From assembly GCA_002104945.1 (NCBI GenBank), contig MCFH01000004.1, positions 1,178,001 through 1,242,000 of the forward strand: a stretch of DNA of 64,000 bases. The letters are read 5' to 3'. A program made the translations under genes and the position numbers. Below the pieces are notes generated by a model. That model was not told the DNA's origin and did not search any database. It was given only the letters and a program-made list of their open reading frames with translations. This DNA is from Piromyces finnis finn. Its lineage: Eukaryota > Fungi > Neocallimastigomycota. This document shows, piece by piece, positions 37,234-53,470 of the stretch (the stretch's first letter is position 1; each line of letters starts with the position of its first letter).

Positions 37234-40106
37234 TTTTATTTCTTTATATAATTAAATAATAATTTTATATCAAATAAAATATATTATTAAATATCAAATA
37301 AAAATTTATTTTATTTATCTTTATTTGATATATTGATATATTATATTATAATTTAATAATAATGAAGAATATAGTATTAAAAATGAGAATTTATGTTCTT
37401 TTTATATCAAAACTAATATATATGCGTTATATATATTATTTTATATTGAATTTTAATTATATATAACTATATTACATATAAATGTATATAAAAAAATAAT
37501 TATAAAAAATGTTATGTGACCAACATCTTTTTAAAAAAAACTAATAATATTCAAGATCGACATATTTTCAATATATATATTAATATATTTGTTTTGGGTT
37601 AAAATTTTAATTTAAATTTAATATATTATATATTTTTATAAACAAGCCTCAAATACGAAGTTTATATTGTAATAAAAATACTTAAAATAAAAAAATATTT
37701 TTTAATTCTTAAAAACAAAATACAGTAAATTAATGTAACTATGCTACGAATGTATTATAACTACTAATTTTAATTTATTTTTTTTTCTCCTAAATTAATA
37801 TTTATCCAATTATAATAAATAACCGTAAAAATAATATTATTTAGAGTATCATTTTCAATTTATAATAATGTTCCTTAAACATTAAACTCTTACAATATTA
37901 TCAATATAATTAAAATATAAATTAAATTAATATGTATTTAGATTCTAAACCTTATTAAAATAAAAATATGAATATTTAAAAATAATAAATATTAAAAAGT
38001 TAATACTATTTTATATAATAAAACATTTTATTTTTAATCTGTAAATATATTATATATATTATTCTTCAAAAATAATAAACAAAGATTCTTTATATTTTCT
38101 CTAAAATAATTTAAAACTATCTAATATTAATTTTTATAATTGTTCAAATAATTAATACAAGATAATATTAAAAATTATTATACTTTATATTTATTTATAA
38201 AATATTTTTTTATTTTCTAATACTATTTATTAATATATTAAATTAATTATAAATAAATTATATAAAATAAGGAATAAAGAATATGTAAATCTTTACAGTT
38301 TATTTAAAATGATAAGAGTTATCCTATAATAATATTTTTTATTTATTTTTTATTTTTATTTATAATATTAAAGCCTTTTTGCTTTAATATTAATATAAAA
38401 AAAATTGTTACACATATATTTAATTAGTCATGTCACATGTTAAATCCATTAACCATGAATCATCTGTTTTTTTTTTTATACTCAAATATATAAAAAAAGC
38501 TTGGAGTTACAAAACATTTAATACTATAAATAATATATATAAATATATTATATAATAAAAGATTATATGGGGTAAATTTTATAAAAAAAAAAATGGAATA
38601 TTTTAAAAAATATAATTTAAATTTGAAATCTTTAATTTAAATATTTCCTTTTTAATACAATATTATTTAATGGAATTTATATAAGTTTCATTTTTTACTA
38701 ATTAAATTAAATGGAATAAAAGAAACAAAAAATATATAATATACAAAATCATATCAAACAAAAATGGTTTCAAGTTATTATGATTTTGTGTCTATATATG
38801 TAATATATGTATATTAAACATCTAAAAATGAGATTTTTGTTTTTGTTTTTAATATATAATTAAATGTAATTAATAATATACACTATTCATATATAAATTA
38901 TAAAGTTTGATGATGTAATAGTAATCCGCTTTTAATCACTATTATTTAAAAAAAAAAAAAAAAGAGTTAAATATATATATATATATATATATATAAAAGC
39001 TAATAGCTTTAAAATAGTTATAATTATAATTGTACTTTTGTACTTTAATTATAGTAATAATAGCCTATTTTTATTTTATATTAAATCTTATTTATTTGGT
39101 TTAATCTTTATAATAAAAAATAATAACAATAAAAAATTGATATATTTTTGTTTTTGTATTTAAAATTATGAAATTTTTTTTATGTCTATCCAATTATTTA
39201 ATTATTTAGTTGAATTTAATATTCTATATGAAATATTATAATTATAAAATTAATGGAGATTAATAATATATATATAGAAATCACTAAACTTTCTTTAAAA
39301 ATTCATTTATTGGACAATATTCTATATAAATATATTTCTAAACTATTCTAATAAAAATGTAAGTAATAAAGTTTATATATTATTATGTTAATAATTATAT
39401 TTTTTATTTCTTTATTAAATAAATAGTATCAGAATAAAACAATAAGTTTGTAAAAGTATTAAAAATATAATCATCAAAAATACAATTATTTGATCAATAA
39501 AAATATAAAACTAATAAAAATATATATTTAATATTTTCTTTTTGTTTTAAATTTCTTTAATAAAAAAATTTATATATTAATCATTTACAAAATAAATTTT
39601 AATACTATATTATATAAAAATGTATAAATATTAAATATGAACTTATACATGATACATACTTATATGGTTTATATCGAATAATATAAATTGGAAATTTTTT
39701 ATTTATTAAAATCAATTATATAAAAAGGAACTTTAATAGCTTTTTAATATATATAAATAAAACATAAATTACTTATATTAAAATTTAAAACTTATAATTA
39801 CTCAAAAAAAAAACTGTTTATTTTTCTTAGAATGTAATAAATAAAATATATTAATTTATATAAACAAAATAATATATAATTGATATTTTCCATTTTAACA
39901 AAAGAAGTTAAATATTTATCAAGGCTTAATATAATTTAATTATTTTAAGTTTTTTATCAATGCACAAAAATATAAAAAGTGAAGAAATTTTTTTTAAAAT
40001 CTGTGTTAATATTCAGTATTTATATGACTTTTTTCAACACTTTTTAATTCAAATATATTTTTTATTATAATTTATTTAATTATCAACTTTCAAATATATT
40101 TTATCT

Positions 40107-40298
40107 TAACATGATAGATGGTAGTAATAAAAAATAAGGTAAATCCAGTAAAATAAAAGAAGGTACCTCTCTATTCAATATCTTATTTAAATAAAAAAGA
40201 TATAACATGATAGATGGTAGTAATAAAAAATAAGGTAAATCCAGTAAAATAAAAGAAGGTACCTCTCTATTCAATATCTTATTTAAATAAAAAAGATA
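40107..40298. repeat. 96-bp tandem duplication in the long intergenic region
   Basis: taacatgatagatggtagt..gaaggtacctctctattcaatatcttatttaaataaaaaagata at 40107-40202 and 40203-40298; no differences seen by eye. Confidence 0.92.
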
Positions 40299-43203
40299 TT
40301 GTTTTAAGAAAATTTTTAAGTTTCTTAATATTATTGAATTCTTAATGAGAGGGTTAGATTTAATCAATATCGAAATAAAATAATGCCATACTTTTTTAAG
40401 TAATGTAAAAAAAAAAAGGAAATTGTAAGATTGTTTTAAAAAGGGTGTTAATAATTATTTGGACTACTCTTTTTATTAATATTATTATTTTTATATTTTT
40501 ATAGTATTTCTTTTAAAATATATTTCTAAAATCAAAAACAAATATTACATTTTTTATTAATAAAACATAATTTCTATTCATATTGAAAATTCAAATCTTT
40601 AAAAATAGAAAAAAATATTCAGAGGTTAGGAAATTTTTTTGAAAATTAAAAAATAAAAAAAAATTTAATATTTAAATTTTTTATATATAAATTTTTATTT
40701 TATTGGCATATATAAATAATATCATATCAATGTGTGTATCTTCAAATTTAAATGAAATAAAAATTATAACCTGTTTTTAGAAGTTTTATTGTAGAATTGG
40801 GACTAAAAAAATACAAATTTATGCACCACATAATAATATAATAATAAATATAATGATAAAGTAATAGATTGCTACGAAATAAAAACAAATAAATAAATAA
40901 ACAAGCTAATAATAATAAATATAGTATTAAAAAAGAAATTTATATAATTAATTATAAAAATTAAAATTTTCAAAATTTTTTACAAACTTTAATATTTAAA
41001 TGTAAAATAAATAAATAAATAAATTATGAAAAACTCTTTTTTAATTTATATAGTGTATTGAATTAATTCCAAAATTTAAAAATGTGTTTTTATTTTTTAA
41101 TGCTAATTATTAATTTCTATTATTGAGCAAATTAATAAAGTATTTCTTTTCAAAAAATTGATTTTAACAAACAATTATATTATTTAATATATATTATTAT
41201 TACTGTAACTTGCCATTTAATATAATTAAATAATTAATATTTTTATTTGAAACCTTTGATAAGAATGATATTTAATAAATAAAAATATTGTCTTTAAATA
41301 ATTTATCAAATGTGGAATTTTTTTTTTTTATTTTTTTTTAATAGTCAATTACTTTTATGCAATTAAATATTTAAATGTAAAAATGACAATAACATTTAAA
41401 TAATAATTAAGAGTAAAAAACTTATAATTTATAGAAGAATTAATGTTTTTTTTTATAAAATTATTATTGAAACAAAATACAGATTTAAGTTTAGATATAT
41501 TATTATATTTATTTATTATTGTATTCTTATAAATATAAATACATATATATTTTAAAAGTTGAAAATAATAATTTTAATAGATATTTATAAATTTTATATT
41601 TATAATTATATAAAATAATATAGAGTAAGATGCTATTTAATATTAAAATACCTACTAATGTTATAATTGATAATAATTCTATGATTCTATATTAACTATT
41701 TTCATATTAAATGTTGATAACAAAAACTCATTCCTTTTTTATTTATTTTTTTAATAATTAAAATGTGTAATAATAAATAAACAACAACTTTAATATTATA
41801 TAAAATTTTTAATTTTTTTTTAAAAAATAAAAGTTTCTTTTTTTGTTAAGTTTAATTTTTTTTAATATTTTATATATTTATTATATTGATTAGAAGAAAA
41901 TATTTAAATATTAAATTATAGATAATATTTTAATAACATAAAGAAAGATTTAAAAAAAAAATTATCATTTGTATACTTATTTAATAGCCATTTATATATA
42001 TTATATTTTTAATCTTTATATTTTCTTTTTCTTCTTCCTATTCATTGTTTTTTTTTTTTTTTTCATTTTTATTTACTTGTTGACTATGCTAGTTTATTTG
42101 CTATACATATAAATATAAAATACAATATCTCATAATTACACATATTTAATCATAAATATTACATTACTATACCATAGGTAATTCTTATATTTATTTAATC
42201 ATATTCTCATATAAAATATAATAAAAAATAATATTTGTTGTAATATTCACATACATATATTATTAAATAATATTTTCATTTAGTTATTCTTCATAATTAT
42301 ATTAATTTTTTTGTTTTTTATTAATTAAAAAAATAATGATAATACTAAATATAAAAAACAATATATTACAATATATTATACAAATTTAGAAATATTTGTA
42401 TATTTTTTAAATTTAAAATTTAAATTAAAATTATTATGATTATGTATTTAATGTATTTATTACTTTTAATATGAAATAAAATAAAGTTTTTAAGGTGTAT
42501 AAAATTATTTTATTTATATAGTAATAATATATAGTTATTATTATTCATATATAATATTTTATTTGTTTATAAATTAATTAAACTACCTTAAAATTATATA
42601 GTTATTTATTTAAAAAAAAAAAGTAATTAAAAATATGGAAGATTTTCAATTTATTTTGAATAATAAATAATTTGGCTTAAATATATTTTTATATTTTAAA
42701 ATACTATTTTATGTATATTAATATAAATAAATGATATATATAAATATTTTTTCAATAGTATTTATTAAAGCTTAAATATCTAATTATTTAAATATTATTT
42801 AAATAAATAAAAATAATAATTAATAAAAACAATTATATATAATTTTATATTATAATATAAAAATAATTAATAAAAAAATAATTAATTAACACTAAATTAA
42901 TAAATAAAATTTTTTTTATCAGAAAAAAAAAAAAACTGTAAATAAAAAAATATATATAATTTTTTTTTGTACTTTCTTTTTTATTAAAAAAAAAAAAAGA
43001 AAGAGTATTACAATATATTTTATTTAATTTTTTGTTAATAAAAAAGTTTTTTTTTCTTTTAATTTTTATTCTTCAAGCAAACAATAAGTTCCAACAAGAC
43101 TAAAAATAAAAGTATATCAAAAAAAAAATACCAAAGCAACAATAAATAATTTAATTCAATACACAATCAACTTTTTTTTTCAATTATAAATATAAATAAA
43201 TAA

Positions 43204-44946
<1,743 letters not shown>

Positions 44947-45689
44947 ATTGCTTAAATATAAAACTATGTAAATAATATATCTTTAATATATTAATATAAG
45001 AAAATGATAAAATAGAAATAATTTAATTTTAAATGTAAAAATTAAAAAAAAAGCAAATTTTAATTTCACACATAAAACAAAAGCAAAAATTATCATTAAA
45101 ACATGAAATAGAAAAAAAAGAAAATATTTTTTTCTTTTTTTCTTTTTATATTTAATATATAAATATAACATTTATATATAGTACATATAGTACATAATAA
45201 AACAAATCAATCATGAAAAAAATCACAAAACTTTTTTTTTATTTTAAAAAATTAATAAAATATATATAAAAAATTAAAAAAAAAATGAAAAATAAAATAA
45301 AAAAAAAAAAAAAGTAAATAGTAAATGAATTTTTTTTTTTATTTTTATTTTTTTTATTTTGTACATTAAATAAATGACAAAAAAAAAAAGATTATTATGA
45401 AGAAATAATGCGTATGTGAGGGAAAAGGGAAAAAATAGTATTTTTATGTTATTATAGTATTATAAAAATGTCATAATTTAAAAAAAAAAGGTATATTTTA
45501 TTTTATTTTTTTGAGGTAGTCCAAGAGAGTTTACAATAATTATTCTAGTGTGTGAAAAAGAAAAATAAATAAGTTTCATTTTGGGAAAGAAGTATTAACA
45601 ATAACAATTGAGGAGAATGGAATATTTATTGTAGTTAAAAAAAATAAAGGAAACTTTGAAGTAGTCTAATCAAACAAGACATTTATAAA

Positions 45690-45727
<38 letters not shown>

Positions 45728-45729
45728 GA

Positions 45730-46110
45730 TGGAACTTTTTACCATAATAAGACAGATGATAAATATTATTTGGAAAGAACTTTACAAGTATCATATTCAA
45801 TCTGGCACTAACGAAGGAACACCATTCTTGGCGGTTACAGCGGAACTTCTTTTAACAATATCAATTACAATTCAAGGGAATGGAAAGAACTTTGTAAGCG
45901 TCAAATTCAATCTGGTATTAACGAAGGAACTCCATTCTTGACGGTAACCGCGGAACTTCTAACCAAAATCATGCCTTTTGCTATTGGCCAGCAATGGTTA
46001 ATGTTCAAAAGGTTTGAAGCAACATCCAAGAGCGTCAATGCTGAAGAAACAGCAAGACAGGCCAGGAGGGCCAGCGCAACCAATGGAGATCATAATTTTG
46101 TTCCATGATA
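45730..46110 (+). mobile_element. LINE 3'-end relic with an internal diverged ~80-bp duplication
   Basis: WKELCKRQIQSGINEGTPFLTVTAELLTKIMPFAIGQQWLMFKRFEATSKSVNAEETARQARRAS resembles the C-terminal LINE segments at 27800-27930 and 32700-32840. Segment 45771-45850 recurs at 45881-45960. Confidence 0.65.
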
Positions 46111-46519
46111 AAATTTTGATCTTTGGCTTGGTGTCCCATTGAAAGTCAAATACAATTATTATACTTTAGTATAATAGTGGCTTTCTTACTTTAATTAAAA
46201 TTACTAGAATACATTATACCCAATTTTTATTCATTTGTGTTTATTTAAACATTTTTTTTTTTTTTAATTTTTAATTTTTCATTTTTTGTTCAATTTTATT
46301 TTTTATAACATGTAATTATAATTTTAATTAAATTAATAAAGTTTACAAATATTTGATGCCGTTAAAAAAAAAAAAAGTGTAACAAGTGGAAATAATGATT
46401 TGTCAACTGAAAAAATTTAACCTTTAAGTTGAATAAATAATAGTTGACCTTCATTCTTTATTTAAAATAGTTAGAATACATTATATTTTTTCATTTATTT
46501 GTACTTCTTTTTTTTTTTT

Positions 46520-46900
46520 TTTAATTGGAATTCCAATTTCATTGTTTCAGTTCCAAAGAAAAGTGATCTTTCATATTATAATAATTATTGTGGCAATTTG
46601 GTTTTTACAATAAAGAAAGTATTAGCGTATTTATATCTATCAGAGATATCTATTAAATATAAAGTAGAGTACCTTATTTTATTTTCCTTGACCTCAAAAA
46701 AAGCATATGATTAAGTTTTTATTTTTGATACTCTTACAAAGGTATATTAATTTGGTATAGGCAACAAATGTTTTGATTTTCTCAACAATCTCTATTCTAC
46801 CATAAAGACATGTGCAATTTTCTTGGATATACTTTCTAATCTATCAACCTTGGTATAAAACAAGAATGCCTTTTTTTCTTATACTATTCAATTTATATTA
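46520..46900 (+). mobile_element. Degraded LINE reverse-transcriptase fragment
   Basis: WNSNFIVSVPKKSDLSYYNNYCG matches WNESSIVSIPKKGDLTDCDNYRG of the LINE in this window; KKAYD matches RKAYD; GIGNKCFDFLNNLYST matches GIRGKSLQFIKNLYLT. Interrupted by deletions and frameshifts. Confidence 0.75.
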
Positions 46901-48531
46901 CTTTGATTGTTCTAGTAAGAAGAATGCCCAAAAAATACTCAAGTGACTTTTTGATTGGATAAATATAAGCTTTTGGTATAAATAAATAAGCAACTATCAT
47001 TATTAAACCAACTTTAATGTATTAACTTTTTATATAAGAATGTACTCAGTTCTAAATATCTCTTACTATGCTTTTCTTTTATAAAGAAAATTTTGCTCTT
47101 ACTCTTATTTTATTAAATACGTAGAAACAACAACAACAACAACAACATCAATAACAACAGGAATCCATATTTTCTTTCAGGATTTTTTTTTCTATTAATT
47201 TGAAAAATGTATCCATTCATTTTGGCATTCTATTCCAATATAAATAGAACTTGTAGAATTCAATCACTTATCAACGCAACTATCTTATAGAGTATTAATA
47301 ATAAGCTAAGTTTTGTTTTATTAATTTATTATATTAGTTAATTAGTTATTGTTATTATTATTTAATAATAATAGTAAAATGATTAATTAAACTTCAAGTA
47401 CTAATATATTATATTCAATTTCAAAATTAAGTGAAATATTGAATAAAATATTATTTTAAATGAAAATAATTTTTAATTTGAAAAAATATTGATTCTTGTA
47501 AATATGTAGACTCCATTTTGACACAAAGTTTATTTTTAAAAAATAAATAATAATCAAAGTTTGAAGAATTATAATGAATGTTTCACAAAAAAAATTATTA
47601 TTCATTTATTTATTTTATTTTATTTTTTTTTAAATAATATTTTAATATTCAAATGTTCTACTTTCAATAATTGATTGATATGTTTTTACTATTTTTTAGA
47701 TGCTTATTATGTATTGTTATATTATATATTATATTAATACTTTTTTTTAATAATTACTGATAATAATTTTAACTTTTTTGGTATTTAAATATATTTAAAT
47801 ATACAGCTATTAAATTATCTAGTTATTAAAAAAGAAAAATTTCTATATGTAATTATTAAATATTAAGCCGTTAAAAATATAAATACATTACATATATAAT
47901 AATGTATTTCAAATTTCTATATTATGTATTAGAATACAAGTCATAAATAATAATTTTATATACAATACAATCTTATTTCATAATATTATATTTTGAAGTA
48001 TAATGTAAGTATAATGTATTAATATATTAATATACAAAAATTTTATGGCTAAATAATATAATTTATTATATTTATCATTTATTATAATATACTATCTAAT
48101 TATAAAAATATATTAGCGATTTAATATAATTCTATTATTTAAACTTAAATAAATTTGATTATATAAATATTATATATATTATAATTATATTAATATATTG
48201 TTTCCTTGTTTTTTTTTTTTTTTTTTGATTTTTATCTTATAATTTTTTTAATAACAAATTTATTTTTCTAAAAATTTATTGTTGTTATAAAAAAAAAATA
48301 AACATAAAGTAAATATAAAATTTAACATTTTACGTAATATTTATTATTAAATTTATTAAGGAACTATAAACAATTTTTATTTGTTTATTATTCATTATTT
48401 ACTAATTATTAATTATTAAATAAATATCATCCATCAATATTATTTATCAATATTATTAATTATAATAATCGTAAAAATCGTAAACAAAACCTCATATTAA
48501 ATAACAATAAAATAAATAAGGAAAAGTAAAA

Positions 48532-51245
48532 ATGTCATCACCAAACGATTTTATTGGTATTGCTAATCTTCCAAATCAAAGACACAAGATTGTTTCCAGA
48601 AAGGGAGCACACTTTACAATTATGGTTGTTGGTAAGAAAACAGAAAACAAAAAAAAAAAAAAGAATAAAATTGATATTTTTTAATAATGAAAAATACTTT
48701 TTCAATACAGATTTTGGATTAATAATAACGAAATTTATTAACCTGAAAATAAACAAAAAAACCATAAATTGAAATAAGCAGTGAATATAAAATATTAAAA
48801 TAAAAAAAGTTTAATTATTGAGTATATAAAAGTAAAATGGAAAGTTTTTTTAACTAAATTTAATATAATAATAAAGAAATTAAATATTTATTATATTGAT
48901 AAGATTTATACTTTAATAATTGAATAAATAAATAAATAAATAAATAAACAAATAAAAAAAAAAAAAAAAAAAAAAGAAACTAAGGAAGAATAACTCGGTG
49001 AACAATTTAATAGAGTGATATTATAAACAGTAAAAATTATAATTTGTTATTTTTAAATTGAAAGAAATATTTGAAAAATGTTATTTTGATAAACAAAAAT
49101 AATATATATTAAAAAATACAATAGATACAACTTTCATACTATATATAAATAATATAAATAATATTATTAAACATAAGAGTTTAATAAAACCTATATAACA
49201 TTATTTTTAAATTTTTATTATTTATTAACTATAATTCTTATAATGAAAATAATAATATTGTATACTTTGAAAAGGTGAATCTGGTGCTGGTAAGACTACG
49301 TAAGTGTTTTTATTAATAATATCAATATATATAAATTAATATTGTAAGAAGAAATAAAATATAAAATTAACAAGCCAATGTATTATATATTTATGTATTT
49401 TAGTTTTATTAATACTTTATTTGCAGCTTTAATGAGAGAATACCAAAATGAAGATAAGAGATTCCAAAAACAATTAGAAAGAACTGTTGAAATTGAAATT
49501 ATTAGAGCTGGTAATTTTTTTTTGTTATTATTATATGTATATAAATATATGTATATTTTTATTATAAATATAAAGATTATTATATTATTAAATAAATAAA
49601 AATGGCTTTTTTTTTCCTTTTTTTTTAAATTAAATAAATTAAATAGAAATTGAAGAAAAAGGTTTCAATGTTCAATTAACTATTATTGATACTCCAGGAT
49701 TTGGTGATTATGTTAACAATTCTGATTGTTGGGTTCCAATTGTTGAATTCATTGATGAACAACACTTAAATTATATGAAACAAGAAAGAAAAGCTAATAG
49801 AAGAAATATTGATGATATGAGAGTTCATGCTTGTTTATACTTCATTCAACCAACTGGTCATACGTATAAATTATTTCCAAAATGATGATTATAAATAATA
49901 ATTATATAGTTATATAATTATACTAATAAAATATTAATGATTAATTAACTTATTTTTATGAATTAAAATATTAAAATTCATATAGATTAAAACCATTAGA
50001 TATTGAAGTTATGAAACAATTAGGTTCAAGAGTTAATTTAATTCCAGTTATTGCAAAAGCTGATACAATTACTCGTGCTGATCTTACTGCTTTTAAGAAC
50101 AGAGTAAGTAAAAAAATAAAAATTTTTTAAATATTTGATTTATTATGTTTATATATAAATCTATTTTTTTTTTCAATGTAATGCCAGATTCTTGATTGTA
50201 TTAAGTTCCATAATATAAATGTCTTCTGTCCACCAATTGAAAGTGATGATGAAGATACTACCAGAAGAAATACTGCAATTGCTGTAAATATATAAAAAAT
50301 AAATTTTAAATATATTTAGTTTAACAAAATATAAAAATATTAACTTGCTTTAATAAATTAAATAGAATGCTATGCCATATGCTGTTATAGGTAGTGAACA
50401 AGATGTTGTTACTCCAGATGGTCGTCGTGTTAAAGGTCGTCAATATTTATGGGGTGTTGCTGAAGGTAATTTTACTATTGTTATTATTATAGTTTTAATA
50501 TAAAAATTTAAATTGATAAAATATATTAAATGATTATTATATTTTTTAATAAATTAGTTGAAAATGAAGAACACTGTGATTTCAAGAAACTTAGAAATTT
50601 ATTAATTAGGTAAAATATTATGAAGATTTTCTTTGGTATAGATATTTATATATTTATCAAAATTATTAATTATATATTTATATTTAAATAATAGAACTCA
50701 TATGGATAGTTTAATTTCTACCACTGAAGAAGTTCACTATGAAGACTATAGAGCTAACAGACTTACTAAAGAAGGTAGAACTGATGATGATCCACAAGTC
50801 AGGTATATTTTAAGTATAAACATAATATATATAGTTTACATGACTGCTTCAGTTTGTGTATTTTAAATATATAATTTGGGAAATATAATAATGATATATT
50901 TTTATATTTTAGAGCTAGAAAATTGTTTGATGCTAAGATGAAGGAAGAAGAAGAAGCTCTTAGAAAACGTTTTACTGAACAAGTTCGTACTGAAGAAAGT
51001 AAATTTAGAAAATGGGAACAAGAAGTAAGTTTAATTTAAAATATTATTATTTATTAATTTGATATTAATGTTGTATTTTATAATAAAAAAAATTATTCTA
51101 AATATTTAAAAATATTTAATAGTTAATTGATGAACGTGATAGACTTAACAAAGACCTTGAAGCTGAACATTCAGCTGTTCAAGCCTTAAAGGCTGAAATT
51201 GAAGCTTTAAAATCCCCAGTTCAATCTCGCAGTCCAAGAAAGTAG
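48532..51245 (+). CDS. CDC12: Septin, Cdc12/AspC-like, multi-exon
   Basis: Spliced product [110 protein letters not shown], ending LIDERDRLNKDLEAEH..SPRK-TAG. Confidence 0.9.
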
Positions 51246-51896
51246 ATAATTAAGTAATTAACTTTGAAATACCATAGCAATGGAAATAATATATATATTT
51301 AAAATGAAAGAATGAATATTTTTTCAGTATAATAATATAATATGATATAAGCAATTTGACCAAAAAAGAAACATAATATCAATATGCTATTTTTTTATAA
51401 ATTAAAAATTAACATTATAAAAATACAGAATAAAGATAAAAAAAAAACAAAAACAAAAACAAAAAAAAAAACAAAAAAAAAAACTTTAAAATGTACTTAA
51501 CTATTTTCAGTAAGAAGTAAACGAAAAAAAAATACAAATACTATAACAAAAAAAAAAAAAAACAAACAAACAAAACAAAATAAAAGCAAAAACAAACAAA
51601 CACAGAAGAAGAAAAATAAAAACTTCAATCATCTTTATAGATTTTTTTTTCTTTTTATAATTTAATTTTTATAGTTAATATTATAAATTATATATGAAAT
51701 ATTTATATTTACCATATGTAAACAGTATATACATTTATAAATCGAAATAGAATAAACAAAATTATAAAATAAAAATATAAATAAATTAAAATAATATTTT
51801 TAAGAATGATTATTTTGTTTATATTTTATTAAGAGTTTTTATTGTAAACTATTCTTTATATCTATTTATATATACATTTTATATAAAAATATTTTA

Positions 51897-52163
<267 letters not shown>

Positions 52164-53331
52164 TCGAATATAATAATTGATAATTATATTAATATATTTT
52201 TATAATTTATCAGCCATTATAATTATTTTCACAAATATTACTGCAAGTTTTTATTTTAATTAGTAATTTCTATTTTTTTTATTTATTTGATTATTTTTTC
52301 ATTTTATTTTTTTTTATAAATGCATCTGTTAGTATTTTTAACGATGAGATTATTTATATAAAGAGTAATAATTATACAGAATAAAAATTATTATTGTAAT
52401 TAGACTATTATTCACATATTATATATTACAAATAAAAATGTATTTCATGATAGGGTTTAACAATTTTGTAATTAATATTATATAACATTATTCTTTTTAA
52501 AAGATATTGAAATTTAATTTATTAACACAAAATATATAATTGAAAATGGAAGATACTGAATATTCATTTATTTTTCAGTAAAATTTTCGAAGCCCTTTAA
52601 TTAATAGCTTTATTAAACTAGCATCAGAATTATTGAAACTCCTAATGTAACATATCACTGATTAATTAATTAATATATGAATGAATGGATATAGATTCTA
52701 TATTCCAGTAGATGAAACTGCATCATTATTACAAAATATTAGTAAATTAATATAAGTAGGAACATATATTAGATTTCGTAATAGCGTATCTTACAATAGG
52801 ATTATCAGATCCTTTTTTTTTTTTTTTTTTTTTTACAGATCTAGGTTTTACTAGAATTAATTTTGATGAGTATAATCAAATCATATTATACTTTTATACC
52901 GTCATTTATATAATCTGAAGGAAGTGATTATCATTATTCTAATTTATTATTGATTATTACAATTAAAAAAAAAAGAAAAACAACTCAATATTAAAAGATT
53001 TCTCATACATATCAGTATTTGAAAATTTTAATAAAAAAAACATATAATGATGAAACTAAAAGCAATTGGTATTATGGTGTATTTTTGAGTTATGAAATGA
53101 ATTATAATTTTATATAATATGTAATTGTAATTTATAACGAAAAGAATGAAAGAGCTTAACAAGAAAGTACGAACAAATAAAATATAATGGAATGAAACAA
53201 TAAATAACAATTATTAGATTACTGAATAATAAGTAATATATAAGATTTTATTTTAATATGTAAATATTTAAATTATTTAAAATCAATCCTTTTTCTTTTT
53301 TATTAATTAAAGTGTCGAAATTTTAAAAAAG

Positions 53332-53470
<139 letters not shown>

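Noticed and set aside
52300-52950. Higher-complexity stretch that could be a decayed gene
   Set aside because: All frames I tried are broken by many stops and no motif could be assigned; would need a translated search.
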